Shown: positions 41,088 to 61,296, counted from the stretch's first letter. The stretch: DNA of 64,000 bases from the human T2T-CHM13v2.0 reference genome, Homo sapiens (GCA_009914755.4 CP086569.2:8544001-8608000); one strand, 5' to 3'. Translations and numbers: made by a program. Notes: generated by a model not told the origin, from the sequence alone.

Positions 41088-43600
41088 CTATCCATTGAGA
41101 TTGCTTCTCACCCATTGACCTTCGCCACTTCTGCCTCTTAGGTGGCTTCGGGTGCCCCAGTTCTGAAATATGAGTGTTACATTTCCCTGATGGGTTCTTC
41201 TCCCCCAGCCCAGGGATGGCCTGGGATTTCTCAGGGCAGGCTCCTCCCTGAGCTTTGAGTTCTCCATGTGTGTCCCAGCTCCAGGACCCACAGGGCTCTG
41301 AACCCCCTGCCCTGGGCTGCTTACCTGGCCTCCTCTCTGTTCCCTCTCTGAGGGCCTAACTCCTTCCAGTAGTGCTGCAGGGGATTGAGACAGAGGCCCT
41401 GAATGATAATTGGGGGGACTGGGGAATGGGGTCCATGACTGCTCAGGTCATGGTTCAAAGCCAGTTCCCCAGATGCCAAGGAAAGACCAGCAATGTCCTT
41501 TAATATGACACCCCTCAGCGGCACCCACCTCAGCAATCCTGACTGACTTTGAGTGATCACGGTCAGCCAACCAGCTGAAGAAGCTCAGTTAGGCTGTGTC
41601 CTGCCTGAAGCTGGGGGCTTCTGCTACATGACTCTAGAACCACTGGGCTACGTCATGCCAGACATCCTGTATCCTGGAGCAAGAGGAGTTGGGAAGGCTC
41701 ATGCCAGGCATAGCCTCCCACACTCCACCCCCGCTGCCATGCCAATAGGCACTCCTTACAGAGGATGCCAACCTGATACTCCTTAATGATCACTTCATTG
41801 CAGAAATAAAGGTTGTGACAAAAGGAAAACTTTGTCCTGCCGCCAGTACCCTGGATGGCTGTTTCTTCACCTGCCAGTCCAAGAAGAAGAGAACAGACTC
41901 AAAGGGATCATTTCATCTTGCTAGGCTGAGGGCCTGCTAGCTAGGATGAAGCATGCATTTCCCCTTCCCAGCTCTCCCACTGAGACACTCCTGGACCCCA
42001 GGAGGGCCTCAACCTGACCAGGACCCTCCATCCCTCCCCCAGACCCAGGTACCCCAGACTGATCTGCAAATCCATCATGTAGCTTACTTGGCAGGACTTC
42101 CTCATGGTTTCTGAACCCTGCCAATATCTGGGTGTGTGCACAATCTGCCTCTGTTCAAGGAGCCTCCAAATGATTGGATGGGTGTGCCAGGAAACATCCT
42201 GCAACTTTGCAAGAGCTGGGAGACTGTTGGGCAGGGCTATCCCCCAGACCTTTGACCTGGCACTCTGCATTGGTGGTCCTGTCTCTGTCCAGCGTGGGGG
42301 CACTGTAGCAGATGTGGTGGTCTTGTGGGCGGGTAGAGGGAGGCCCAGAAAGCTTCTGCCAACAAGGAGCGGGGGAGCACAAGTAGGCAAGGGATTGGGT
42401 ATGGGGTGCTGTGGTGTAAGGCAGCTGTTTCTTCAGATTTCCTGAGCTGAGCGGCACATAGGTGCTAGACAGGCTCTGCTGAGGGTGTCAAGGTGTGTGG
42501 TCCCCTCTTCTCCTGGTCTCCCTGAGGGGTGGGTGTGTCCACTTGAGGGAACTTGTGTGGGTAGAAGGGACTGCAAGGCTGTGCCTGTCACTCCTTATGG
42601 GGCTTGTGTGTGTGCAGTGGAGGAGTGTGTGCAACAGAGGTTATATGTGCTCAGGTCCTACAGCTCTTTGGGTGCAGCAGAGGCAGAGGAAAGAAAGCCT
42701 GTCTGGGTAGCTGGTGTTTGCCTTGCAGAGGACAGCAGCCCCCTGCATCGTGAACCTGAGTCTTGAGCAACTTGTGATTCTGGTGTGAGGCCTCTGGACA
42801 CACACACGGGGAGTAGGTGTCGTTCCATGGCTGGCATGGGCATGCAGACTCCCCTTCCTTCAAGGACTTTCCCAGGGAAACCTGCCCTTCAACTTGCTGC
42901 TATGCCTGAAGGGTCCTTGGCACCACTATTCTCTCTTGTGAGTGCTGAGCTTGGCTCCCAGTCCCTGTCACATGCTCTCAGGGTACCCACAAGCAAGCTG
43001 TCTTACTATCTGCTGGAGCCTAGCCTCAGCTCCCCTCGCTGTCCCCCATTCCCTGCCTCCTGGCTGACTCTGTGTGCCTCTGTCCTGGTTCCCGTGCTCC
43101 CCACCCCCAGAAGCCTGATGCCAACCCACTGCTGCCAATCATCCCAAATGGGCAGCTGCAAGGATATGCTCTGGCCCAGAAGCCAGAGATGCCCTGGCTG
43201 ATGGCACCTGTTCTGTCCAGGCTGGGCAGGCGCCTCTGCCAAAGCTTCTGCCTCAGCCTCAGGCAGGCCATGAGGCCTGGGCCATTCACAGAGCCCAGCT
43301 CTGAGTGAAGGACCTCCAGCGAGTCTGCTGCTGGCTGGCGAGTCCTGGGGCCAGGGCCAGGGCCAGGGCCAGGCTGTGTCCACCTGTCCTCTACCTGCAG
43401 CTCCATGTTGGCCTTCTCTTTGACCAACACCTGGACCACCGCCATGATGTCATCCATCACCAGCACCTTCTCCTCCCACGAGGGCACCTCCACACTCTGT
43501 GCCCTGGCTGGCCTCTCCTGCAGAGCCTCCAAATTCAACGGGGTGCCTCCTTTGGAGGTCCCACTGACTACGACCTGTACTTTCCCCTCCACATCCAGAT
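41088..43600 (+). repeat. Copy B of the ancient direct segmental duplication (partner 13031-15380); CpGs largely decayed relative to copy A; truncated at 3' side by L1 fragment
   Basis: See copy A; alignment maintained through both minus-strand ORFs (42390-41941 vs 14180-13863; 43592-43026 vs 15379-14867). Confidence 0.8.
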
Positions 43601-43624
43601 ATGTGTATCCTTAAAATATACATA

Positions 43625-44070
43625 AAACAATAACTTAAAGGCATTCCCATTTCTCCACATCCTCTCCAACATCTGTTGTTTCCTGACTTTTTAATGGTCG
43701 CCATTCTAACTGGCATGAGATGGTATCTCATCGTGGTTGCAGGGCCATTGATGAAGCTGAAAACCATCATACTAAGCAAACTACCACAAGGGCAGAAAAC
43801 CAAACACCGCATGTTCTCTCTCATAAGTGGGAGTTGAACAATGAGAACACATGGACACAGGGCTGGGAACATCACACATCCGGCCCAGTTTGGGAGTGGG
43901 GGCCTGGGGGAGGGATAGCATTAGCAGAAATACCTAATGTAAATGATGAGTTGATGGGTGCAGCAAACCAACATGTGACATGTATCCCTATGTAGCAAAC
44001 ATGCACGTTCTGCACATGTGCCCTAGAACTTAAAGTATAATTAAAAAAGGAAAAAAAAACTCAAAAGGAA
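43625..44070. mobile_element. L1 3' fragment with 5' inversion (twin-priming signature): 43625-43735 antisense ORF2-end segment joined to 43736-44070 sense 3'UTR + poly-A
   Basis: cattcccatttctccacatcctctccaacatctgttgtttcctgactttttaatggtcgccattctaactggcatgagatggtatctcat (rc of L1 ORF2) followed by …gaaaaccatcatactaagcaaactaccacaagggcagaaaaccaaacaccgcatgttctctctcataagtgggagttgaacaatgagaacacatggacacag…cttaaagtataattaaaaaaggaaaaaaaaa (sense). Confidence 0.75.
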
Positions 44071-45317
44071 AAATAGCTCTCCAAACCTAAATACTAAATA
44101 GAAAATTAGTATCAAGTGACCTAGAATGTAATTTACATGAAAATGTCACAAACATTCAGCAGATAGTTTCTAAATGCCAAAATAAGCCTGGCAGTCAGCA
44201 AGAAGCTAAGAACAACACGGTCCTTGCTCTTCTGAGTATGCAGTTGTTACAGGCACAGAGATAAATGAGGAATAATAAGTGCTGTAACTGCTTTAATAGG
44301 CAAATACAGGAAATATAACAAAATAAGGGCAACAATTTTGATAAACAAAACATTAATAAATGACAAAATGTTAAAAAAAAATGCATGATTTTAATAAACA
44401 TTGCCTTCTTCTTCCCACCAGAAGAAAACTCATGCCTCTGCTTTATTGGCTGACATGTTCCTAAGGAGATGTGACAGGTCTGATTTGTATTACTAAATCA
44501 CAATTGCCTCATTTATGAAACACATGTTTTAAATCCTTTTGAAGGTCAAATGAGAATATTTGCTGTTACTGGATAAACTGTCAAGTGCTAACCAAATATT
44601 ATTTTCTCACAGTGATTTATACCATGTGTATATTACATGGTTAGTGTAGCATTCTCATAAAGAAAACCTTGAAACATATCTGCTGCTCAGTTTTTATTTT
44701 TCAACTGTATCAGTCTTTATTATTTATCATATGTTTTCTAGCAGCTTTTGAATTTTAAAGAGATATGTATAGACCAAAAAAAGAAGGACAATGAAATTGT
44801 GAGACTACAGTAGTAATAATTTCATTGATAAATTTGTTTATAAAGCTAGATTAGATTCTATTTCTCCCAAAAGATTCTCAGAGAAATACTAAGCTGATGC
44901 ACCCACTGTTTGAAATGGTCTTAAAGTTGTTGCTTAAGTTAGAGTTAACTATTTTTAAAGCCTGAAGATACAGTAATAGTTTCATGCACCACAACAGGGA
45001 ATATAGGATTTTTAGTGCTACTTGCTCTCACCAGAAATAATCATAACTATTAAATTGTTCTTTATGTCACAGTAAATTTTTCATTTCTACCTCATGTTTT
45101 GGCATTTATTTTTAAATGCATTTTCACCCTTATTGTGCTTCTGTGAAAAACTGCGGATTTAAGTTCATATCATAATTATTTTTCATTGTTATTTGTCTGT
45201 TCCTAAAGCTTCACAGAAATAAAGAATTCCATTTATGCTTGTATCTTTCAGCAACCTCATTTCAGATAATGGTGCACATTACTGCAAGTATCACACGTAC
45301 AGGTCCAAAGTTGGGGG

Positions 45318-45495
45318 GCAGGGCAGGAGGAGGAGGATGAGATGGAAGAGGAGAAGGAGAAGGAGAAGAAGAAGGAGAAGAAGAAGGAGGAGGAGGAGGA
45401 GGAGGAAGAGGAAGAAAGAAGGAAGAAGGAAGGAAGGAAGGAAGGAAGAAGAAGAAGAAGAAGAAGAAGAAGAAGAACAAGAAGAAGAAAAAGAA
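45318..45495. repeat. Purine-rich (GGA/GAA/GAG/GGAA)n compound microsatellite
   Basis: ggaggaggaggatgagatggaagaggagaaggagaagg…ggaaggaaggaaggaaggaagaagaagaagaagaag…. Confidence 0.95.
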
Positions 45496-47739
45496 GAAAA
45501 CAGCAAGCTTTTAAGTCTGTATATTTGTAACACTAGATCAGAAACTCAGTACTCATAGTGAAATCCAAAAATGATCACAGTCAATTCCATCTCATACCTA
45601 GACTGAAATAAGAACCTTCGAAAGAAAAGAAAGTTGAGAGCTTCAGGCTTGTCAAAATTTTCCTGTATAGGTAAAATTATTGGTGACTTTCTCTCACTAG
45701 AAAACATAAACAAAAATTCATGCTTCATATATTTGTAAATAGAATATATTTATTTCTATCAGTTATGACATGCAAGCAAGTAATAAAGTGAAAGTATAAT
45801 AATAAAATGATATAAGGAAATGTCTCTGTGTCAAAAAACTCTATTGAGGCTATTAATTTTATAAAAACCATAGAGAATATTTCATGAAACTACATTATAC
45901 AGTACATTTTACTATTTTACTGATATTTTAATACTCAATAAATTAAAGAAAATTCTTAATCATTATTTATTACCAATAACATTATTCTACTTGAGTAATC
46001 ATTTTGAGATTAAATATTTTAAATAAAACATTAAAAACAAATTGTGTTGACTGATATCAGCTTTCAATGAAATAATACTTCTGTATTTGTAGTCATGTGA
46101 AGTATAACTTTCTCCTCACAATGGTTCTTTTATAACACCAGTGGTATTTTTTTCTCTGATATACATCCTTTTTGATCTCACAGTTTTACTGTAACCATAC
46201 ATTACATGACTCCAGAGGGTAGCCTTCAAATAAATGGAAAAATTATATTTGTGACAAAATTCTAGGAAAGGGAATGGTAAAATGGGAGAATAATTTCTGA
46301 ATTTCTAACTGTTCATTAGTGGATTTGGATGTATTAAGATATAGACAAATATTTGCACCCTGCAAGTTTCCATATGTGTATATAAATTTAAATGAGGTAC
46401 CCATAATGTATGGGTTGTGTAATCTTTCAATTCATCCTTAATTTTCCATGTGGGAAATTTGATAAGAGTTTATCCTTATCAAATACTCAATTTGAAGTAC
46501 TATACCCAATTTCAAGTACTACACTCAATTTGATAAAATTTTGTTGGTAAAGCCAACAAAATCTGTGTCAACATTCATTTCAATTAATCCAATAATGTTA
46601 ACTGCTGATAGCTTCATTCTCCTTCATCCCTGTTGGCAGCCTGAAAGCTAATTCTTACTCTAATTCAGTGCTCAAGGTGCCATCCACAAGTGGCTGTCAT
46701 CTTGCTGTGGATTGTGACCTCTGACTCCACCACTTTCATCCTATAGTAGTCCTACTTTTGCATATTTAATAAACTTTGTACATGGTTAAATAATAAAAGT
46801 GCAGTGAAATGTCAGACCATGCTGTGAAATGTTCCATTGTTTCTATATCTGTAATTGACCTTTCATGTTGTGGAGGACAAGAAAAACAATTCAATATGTT
46901 TCTTAGTATCCAGTCCAATGCACCCTTTCTTATTAATGTGCCAAACCTGTACCTTCAAGGCACTGACATCCAAGCATGGCTAGATGTATCAAAATATCTT
47001 CTGATTAATCACCATTATGTTAATCACTGTTGCCCAGATCTGGACTCTGACTGTGAAATTGTAGGGTGGAAATTGCTATAATTGCTCAAACTATGGGAAT
47101 GACTATGTTTTGTCATAATTACTACTGTCACCTTACTGAAAAATACCACATTACATGGCAACTTTTAGTTACATAAATCCTGTTGATTAATTTTTAATGT
47201 CCAGCATTTATGATATTGCACAAGTAAAGATCTTTGATAACTTAAATGATTAGCTGAGCAATGATTAAAATAACTCACAGCAATTTAAACATTCATTTAC
47301 TTACTAGAAGTGCCATACGTCATTATCTCCAGATGAAAACAAAGTTGGGAAATTGCAAGGGCTGAACTGGTTACTAAAGTATGTATTTCAGGATATTTTA
47401 TAAAACTATCCATGCCATGTATGATGCCTCACCTGCAAGGATAAAGCTTTAGCATATATAAAAAATAAATGCTTTTGGTTCTTAATATCTCTCTACATTT
47501 GTCTTCATAACCACAACACAAAAACACCCATGTACTTGACTTTTGGCTGAGTTGACTATCAGTTACTAGGGTTTAAGTAAACAGAATAAAGATTTCAAAA
47601 TTTGGTGACCAAATATGAAAAATCGTATTCTCACCATAACATACAATTATTCTCAAATGCCACTGCAAATGCAAAATCAAAAGAAGAAATTAAATCTAAT
47701 ATATTGCAATATTCTAGAGTCTAAAATTTTTTCTTTGAG

Positions 47740-48040
47740 GTCTGGTGGTTCACGCCTGGAATCGCAGCTCTTTGGGAGGCTGAGAAGGGAGGATTGCTTC
47801 AAGCGCAGGGTTTAAGACCAGCCCAGGCAACATAGCAAGTCCTATCTCTACAAATGTAACTAATTAATTAATTAATTAAATTGGGCATGATGGCACACAT
47901 CTATCGTTCTATTTACTCAGCAGTTCAAGGTTGTAGTGATCTGTGATCACACACTACACTTCAGTCTGGCCCACAGAGCAAGACTTTGTCTCTACAAAAT
48001 AATACAATATAACGAAACAAAATAAAATAAAAAACACATT
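47740..48040 (+). mobile_element. Old Alu (AluJ-like, +), A/T-rich tail
   Basis: gaggtctggtggttcacgcctggaatcgcagctctttgggaggctgagaagggaggattgcttcaagcgcagggtttaagaccagcccaggcaacatagcaagtcctatctctacaaatg…cacttcagtctggcccacagagcaagactttgtctctacaaaataat. Confidence 0.75.
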
Positions 48041-49199
48041 CAGTTGTTTTTTGGAAGTTTGTGTAATTGCTCAAAATCACAGACATTGAAGTTGAGTGCT
48101 TCATGGGGGAATGGGCAGTGAACATTGTTTATATTGTTTTCCAAAAATTAGGATAATTGTTAGAATATTATATATAAATACCTCATAACCTTTTGTACAA
48201 TAAATATTGACAAATGTCAAGCAATTGTGTTTATAGGCTTTTCCTTCAAAATATTCATAGTTTAATTGGAGAATGAAGAGAAGAGCAATAATTGCAATGT
48301 ACTCTGAGAAGTGTTACAATAGATACAATTCAGTAACTTAGTTGGACAGGAAGGAAGTTCTTAACTAGGTTTTCAGGAGTTTGGAAAGCTTAGGTCAGGA
48401 ACAGTTGAAGCATCTGTAAGGATACAGATTTGCAAGAGAAATGTTTGGGAGATAAACACTGTAGAAAAAAAGAAACATTCTTTCTATCAATGATAGATGT
48501 GTACTAACAGTGCATATGATGCCATCTGCCCAATTCTTAGACCATACTAGCTCAATAAATATTTCTTGAATGAATCCATGAATGGAAGATATTGGGAAAA
48601 GGATGCTGGAAGGGATTTTCAAAATCATCTGAAGGAAAGGTAAACACCCTGGACTTTACAATTTTGCCTGCTTTTCTTTAAGTTCTTGTTATGTTTACTA
48701 CCTCATAAGCTCTGTTTTATTTTTTGGTCTTTTCACAAATATCATGTATGTATCGTTCCTGAAACTATTTCTCTCTTGATCCCTTGATACTATATTTATC
48801 TCTGATACTCCTTTGTGTGAGGTCCTGGGTTTTTATGCCAACAGCTACATCACTCACCTCTTCCTGGCACTATTCTATGATACAGTGGCCTGGCCCCTGA
48901 GAGGCATGGTTCCTGGGCTCTCATAAAAATTACTTCCTGTTTCAGCTCAATCAAGTGGTAACACTGCAGAGATTAGAGAACAAGAAGATGAGAGAAGCCA
49001 GTTTGTGTCACTTTCCTTCCAAGCAGGAGGTATGTTTCCACAGTGATTCCATGCCTGCAGGAATGCTCTCTGTGTTTCCATTTTCCATGTAGTGACCCTA
49101 AACCTAGACTGGCTCTTCTAATGCTATTTTCTGCAATTGTCTTCTCTGAAGGATTTGGGTACTATTTCGGAGTTTTAAATTTAAAAAAAATATTGATAT

Positions 49200-49800
49200 A
49201 GAATGGGGGCAGGGAAGTGTCTGGTAGAGGATGGGGTGGTTCTTGGCTAGGGGATCCACCCTCAGGCCTGTGCTCACTGACATATGTAAGGACATGCCTT
49301 TCTGTTTTCTTGCTCAAATTGGTGAGGGCATGCAGTTCTGTTTTTTTGCCCACCTGTTGCATTTTTCAAGACCACCCTGGCCTGCCATACCCGCATCCTA
49401 TGCTATCAGAAACCCCGAGACCCTAGTGGGCAGAGACAGAGTAGATGGACATCAAGAAGAACCATCAGCAGAAGAAGACACAGCAACTGGACGTCGAGAG
49501 GACACCGGAGGAAGGAGAGCACAAGGACAGAGGCGGCAGGCCATCCACCGCAGAAGAACACGGAGTTTTGTGGGGCTGTGGGAGGAGACCGCTGACCTGC
49601 CCCATTCCAAGGTAAAACCACCTTCCGGCTCCATCTCCCTTCTGGCTCCCCCATTCATCTGCTGACAGCTTTCACTCAATGAAACCTTGCACTTATTCTC
49701 CAAGCCCACATGTGAGCCAATTCTTCAGCTACAACAAAGCAGGAAACCCCCAGGACCCAGAAAGCCTTCTGTCTTTGCAGTAAGGAAGGGTGTAAAATTG
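49200..49800 (+). mobile_element. Possible ERV LTR fragment (GC-rich, R-region-like '…ctgctgacagctttcactcaatgaaaccttgcacttattctccaagcccacatgtgagcc…')
   Basis: LTR-like R/U5 motif and Arg-rich spurious ORFs (49231-49665); family not identifiable by eye. Confidence 0.3.
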
Positions 49801-50189
49801 AGCTAACACAAGCCGCCTACAGATTGATAAACTAAATTAACACCGTGTAACACATGCCCGCTGGGGATTCAGGAGCTGTAAACATTCACCCCTAGATGCT
49901 GCCTGGGGTAGGTGCCCCACAACCTGTCCTCATTGCTAGCTTCACAGAAGGGGATAAGGGACATTTCAATATCAGTCTGTTTCCAATGCAGTGTGCTTTC
50001 TGCAATACTGCAGTGTTACCTCATTGGATATATTTGACAAAATAAGTTACAAACTATAATGTGAGAAAAAATAAATGATGGAGAATAAGGAAGGAAAATG
50101 AAACATTGTATCAGTAATGAGTGGTTTTTACTTCATATAACAGAAAAAGTAAACATGAACTAAATAAACACAGATTTCCAGTTTTCACA

Positions 50190-51966
50190 TGTGAACCAGT
50201 CATAGTTAGGCAGTTGCTGCCTTTGATCAGTTGCTCTGCTGCATGGTAGTAGCAGAGCTGCATGGTAGTAGTGAGAGGTGACAACGTGCTGGCAGCCCTT
50301 GCTCACTCTCTGTGCCTCCTCCACCTTGGCCTCTGCTCTGACCATGCTTGAGGAGCCCTTCACCCACTGCTGCACTGTGGGAGCCCCTATCTGGGCTGGC
50401 CAAGGCTGGAGCCGACTCCCTCTGCTTGCGGGGAGTTGTGGAGGGAGAAGCGCTGGCAGGAACCAGAGACCTGCCCAGTGCTCGAGGGCCAGCATGAGTT
50501 CTGGCTGGGTGTGGGTTTGCTGGGCCTGCACTCAGAGCAGTCAGCCTGCCACACTGGGGGGCAGTGAGGGGTGTAGCACCTGGGCCAGCAGCTGCAGAGG
50601 GGGTGCTGGGTCTCCCAGCACTGCTGCCCCACCTGCACCATGCTCGAATTCTTGCCAGGCTTCAGTCACCTCCCCTGGGGCAGGGATCAGGACCTGCAGC
50701 CCGCCATGCCTGAGCCCCCCTCCATGGTGGGCTGCAACACCACCAAAGACTCCCGGATGGGTGCCACCCCTCCTCCATGACACCTGGTCCAATCGACTGC
50801 CCAAGGGCTGAGGAGTGCAGGCATGTGGCACCGGACTGGTGGGTAGTTCTGCCTGTGGCCCTGGCGCAGGATCCACTAGGTGAAGCCAGCTGGGCTCCTG
50901 AGTTGGGTGGGGACTTGGAGAACTTTTATGTCTAGTGGAGGATTGTATATGCACCAATCAGCACCCTGTGTCTAGCTTGGGGTTTGTGGATGCACCAATC
51001 AGCACTCTGAATCTAGCTAACCTGGTAGGGACTTGGAGAAATTTTATATCTAGCTAAAGGATTGTATATGCACCAATCTGCACTCTGGGTCTAGCTCAAG
51101 GTTTGTAAATACACCAATCACTGCTCTGTGTCTAGCTAATCTAGTGGGGACTTGTAGAACTTTTATGTCTAGCTAAAGGATTGTAAGTACAACAATCAGC
51201 ACTCTCTGTCTAGCTCAAGGTTTGTAAACACACCAATCAGCACCCTGTGTCTAGCTCAAGGTTTGTAAATGCACCAGTCAGTGCTCTGCATCTAGTTAAT
51301 TTAGTGGGGACTTGGAGAAATTTTACTCTAGCTAGAGGATTGTAAATACACCAATCAGCACTGAGTATAGCTCAGGGATTGTAAACGCACAAATCAGCAC
51401 CCTGTCAAACTGGACCAATCAGCTCTCTGTAAAGTGGACCAATCAGCTCTCTGTAAAATGGGCCAATCAGCAGGATGTGGGTGGGGTCAGATAAGGGAAT
51501 AAAAGCAGGCTACCCAAGCCACCAGCAGCAATGCCACCGGGTCCACTTCCACACTGTGGAAGGTTTGTTCTTTCACTCTTAGCAATGAATCTTGCAATTG
51601 CTCACTCTTTGGGTCCACACTGCCTTTATGAGCTGTAACACTCACGATGAAGGTCTGCAGCTTCACTCCTGAGGCCAGCGAGAACACAAACCCACTGGGA
51701 GGAATGAACAACTCCAGACGGGAGAAAGGAACAACTCCAGACGCGCTGCCTTAGGAGCTGTAACACTCACCACGAAGGTCTGCCGCTTCACTCCTGAAGC
51801 CAGTGAGACCATGAACCCACCGGAAGGAACAAACTCTGAACATGTCTAAACATCAGAAGGAACAAACTCTGGATACAGCATATTTAAGAAGTGTAACACT
51901 CACCGCGAGGGTTGGTGGCTTCATTTTTGAAATCAGTGAGCCAAGAACCTGCCAATTTCGGTCACA
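50190..51966 (+). mobile_element. LTR12-type (HERV9) LTR: GC-rich 5' part followed by U3 tandem ~40-bp subrepeats rich in CCAAT ('caccaatcagcac(c/t)ctgtgtctagct…'), 'gataagggaataaaagcaggc' TATA-like, ends …tgccaatttcggtcaca
   Basis: ≥10 tandem copies of ggattgtaaat(g/a)caccaatcagcactctgtgtctagctaa…, then ccaatcagctctctgtaaaatgggccaatcagcaggatgtgggtggggtcagataagggaataaaagcaggctacccaagccaccagcagc…; start boundary approximate. Confidence 0.7.
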
Positions 51967-54249
51967 GGAGCAGTGACTTCCTTTTTGCTATTTTCTCCAA
52001 GGTGACACCTAGATCAAATCCAACACCATGTTTGGTCCAGTTGTTGCTAGCCAGCTTTGCCCACACTCTGGTTTTTCAGTCTTATCAGCTTCTGGTTTAT
52101 GCAGCTACGTTAACAGTGTGTTATTTCTAGTCATGTTTGCTGCCTGAAATTTTCTATTCTGCTGCAATCACTTTTTGTTTTTCCTTCTCTAATTATGTGA
52201 CTTGCTCATTTTTCTTCTCAGGACACTATAGGTTGTTCTTTAGCTGATTTTTTAAAAAGAGCATTGGTAAACCTGTTTCATTTCCTTCAAATACATCTGA
52301 GAATTCTTGAGAAACTTAAGCATGTCTCACTGGACTGGACCACTGCCCACTCGGCTGCCTGCTATTGACTTCCTTCTTTAGATAAGATCCCCCAGACAGC
52401 AAATGCATGCCCCCCCACACCACACTCCCACTAAATACCAATATCCAATGTAATGAAATATTTTAAGTCTTAGATATAGCATAAAGGGATTGTAGGATAC
52501 AAAACGACAAATCAGACACATATATTAAGAAAGAAAAATTCAGCCAGTATCAGTCTTTGACAACAAAATTAACCATTTTAACTATACAGTATAAATGTAT
52601 TTACAAATAAAGTGTATGCCTTTATTAAGTGAATTGTTTCTTGCATTGTATATACTTTGTCTAGTGGTGTCTTAGGCACTCATTTAAAATAGGTCATTGA
52701 TTGAATTGGAGCTGTAATCCATAATGAAAATAGAGTAGAAAAGTTTTTTTTTTTTAAATCATATGTATATATTGTTTGGTCTTCCAGGTATACCATTTCT
52801 TTTGCATGTGTGGATATGTGTCTATGTAATTTTAGATACTTATAGGGAATAGATTTAGCACAAGTAATTAAAAATTAAGCAGATTTTCTTTGTAATGAAA
52901 AAGGAAATGATTAACTTTAATTGAATTTTTAGTGCAACAGTAAAACTGGATAAGAATTTATTCTGCTCAGGGAAAAGATATACTGTGGTTTGCAACTGAA
53001 AGAGTTCTCTCCTGAGTAAGCCAGTGTTGGCCTATACTGCAGAAATAGATTGTTTTTGGTAGACCCTATAGTCAGCTACCCTATAGTCAGCAGAGAAGGA
53101 AATCCTTGTAGAGAGAATTTTAAATTGAATATCAAATATTCTTTCATGTAGGTGAAGCATTCACATATGATATTATTTTACATTCAGCATAATTATAAAA
53201 GTTAATTTTAATACATTGGAAAAAATAAAGCAATTACAAAAATTAGCAAGATAATTGTATATTCCTCCTTTAAAAATTTTAGCCTATTCAAATCTAACAA
53301 GTCCACTCTGAAATACCTGAAAATAAGATATGAAATGAATAAGAAAAGAAAATACAGCAGAATGTACCAGATGTTATGTGTTCGGTGTTGGATGTACATA
53401 TATCTGTTAGTTTTTAGTGGCAGACAGAGTGCAGTCTACATAATTTTATTCATAGTAGATGCCTATCCATCATATATTCACTAATAAATATTATTTCTCT
53501 GAAGATTGAAATAGAAAGCTAGGAAAACAACATGGCACAAAAGCCGAATTATATTTAAGCAATTGTGAATTATATAGTTAAATAATCTCTTCGAGGGTCT
53601 TCTTATCACTCTCTCACTGGGTAGTCTAAGGATTAATTAGTCTAAGTTCCTAGGCTCTTTCAAGCTAAGAAACACTGTGTATGTGCTATGCATTATCATG
53701 GTAACATGAGAGTGAGGCATAAGTGATTTGTAACAATATGGGCTCTGTGAAATGTGTGTCTAGCCTGAAAACTGTCGTTTTCTCTAACAGGGTTTTATGA
53801 ATTGGAAAGTTCTTATCATATTTGAAGATGAAATGTCCTGTATTGAAATCAGGCAAATCCACTTAATCTTTGTTCTATATATTAGTAGAGTGATGTTTCT
53901 CAAAATAGAAGAAAACTTGGGATATGATTTCAAAGGTAATATATAATAAGGTAGAATTTTGACAACAATTATAACTTGTCTATTATCATTTGATTGACTC
54001 AGCTGTTGCTCTGTTAATTAGTGCAACTGAAGTCTAGTTAATTTGCATAAAAGTAGCTATCCCATCTTTTATAATTTTAAAGACAGTCAGGAGAGTATTC
54101 ACTGGTTCTGTAAAGCTTGTATAGATTTTATCAACATGTTTCAATTACGTATGACTGAAATAATGCCAATTCTAAAATGTAATTTATTATTTCCTTTAAG
54201 AATATTTTTATTTTATTTTTTATTTTCATTTTTATTATAGATTCAGAGA

Positions 54250-55010
54250 GTACATGTGCAGGCTTGTTAGAAAGTATATTGCATGATGCTGACATTTAGT
54301 CTTCTATTGATCCCATCACCCAGAGAGTGAATCTAGTACTCAACAGGAAGGTTTTCAGGCCCTGCCTGTCTCCCTTTGGAGTCTCCAGTGTCTATAGTTC
54401 TCATCTTTATTTTTCTGTGCACCCAAGTTTTATCTCCTATGTATGAGAATATTCAATGTTTGATTTTCTGTTTCTCCATTATTTTGCTTAGGTTAATGAC
54501 CTCCAGCTGTATCCACATTGCTGCAAGTGACATGATTTTGTTCTTTTAATGGCTGTGTACTATTCCAGGGTTCATATGTACCACATTGTCATTGTCCCAT
54601 CCTCCATGGATGTGCTCCTAGGTTTATTCTATGTCTTTGCTATGGTGGTGAATATGAGAATTCTTGTGTCTTTTTGGTAGCTTTAATAATTTATTTTCAT
54701 TTGAGCATATACACAGTAATGGGATTGCTGGGTGAAATACTAGCTCTATTGTTAGTTCTTTTAGAAATCCACAAACTGCTTTCCACAGTGGCTGAACATT
54801 CTCTCCAGCAGTGTATAAGTATTATTTTTCCTCCACAGCCTTGCCCACATATGTTGTTTTTTAATTTTGTTTTTTTAATAATAATACTCATGCTGACTGG
54901 TATGAGATGGTACCTTATTGTGACTTTGATTTGCATTTCTCTGATGATCAGTGATGTTGAGCAGTTTTCTTATGTTTCTTGTCCACTTGCATATCTTAAG
55001 AAGATATTTT
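54250..55010 (+). mobile_element. Older L1 (L1PB/L1M-like) ORF2 3' fragment, sense on + strand, abutting the younger L1
   Basis: …ccacaaactgctttccacagtggctgaacattctctccagcagtgtataagtattatttttcctccacagccttgcc…ctcatgctgactggtatgagatggtaccttattgtgactttgatttgcatttctctgatgatcagtgatgttgagcag. Confidence 0.7.
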
Positions 55011-55149
55011 AAATAAACATACAATTATTTCCTCTACTCATAGATCAAATTCTGCCAGTGTCTTTCTCTCTTATTCTACTACATGAATTTACATGGATAA
55101 TGAGTCAAAAAATGTGAAGTGCTGGTAATACATTTTATTTCTTTTTTTT

Positions 55150-61296
<6,147 letters not shown>

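Noticed and set aside
50160-50960. Several 120-180-aa ORFs on both strands
   Set aside because: Within GC-rich 5' part of an LTR12-type LTR; overlapping ORFs in all frames are typical of GC-rich non-coding sequence
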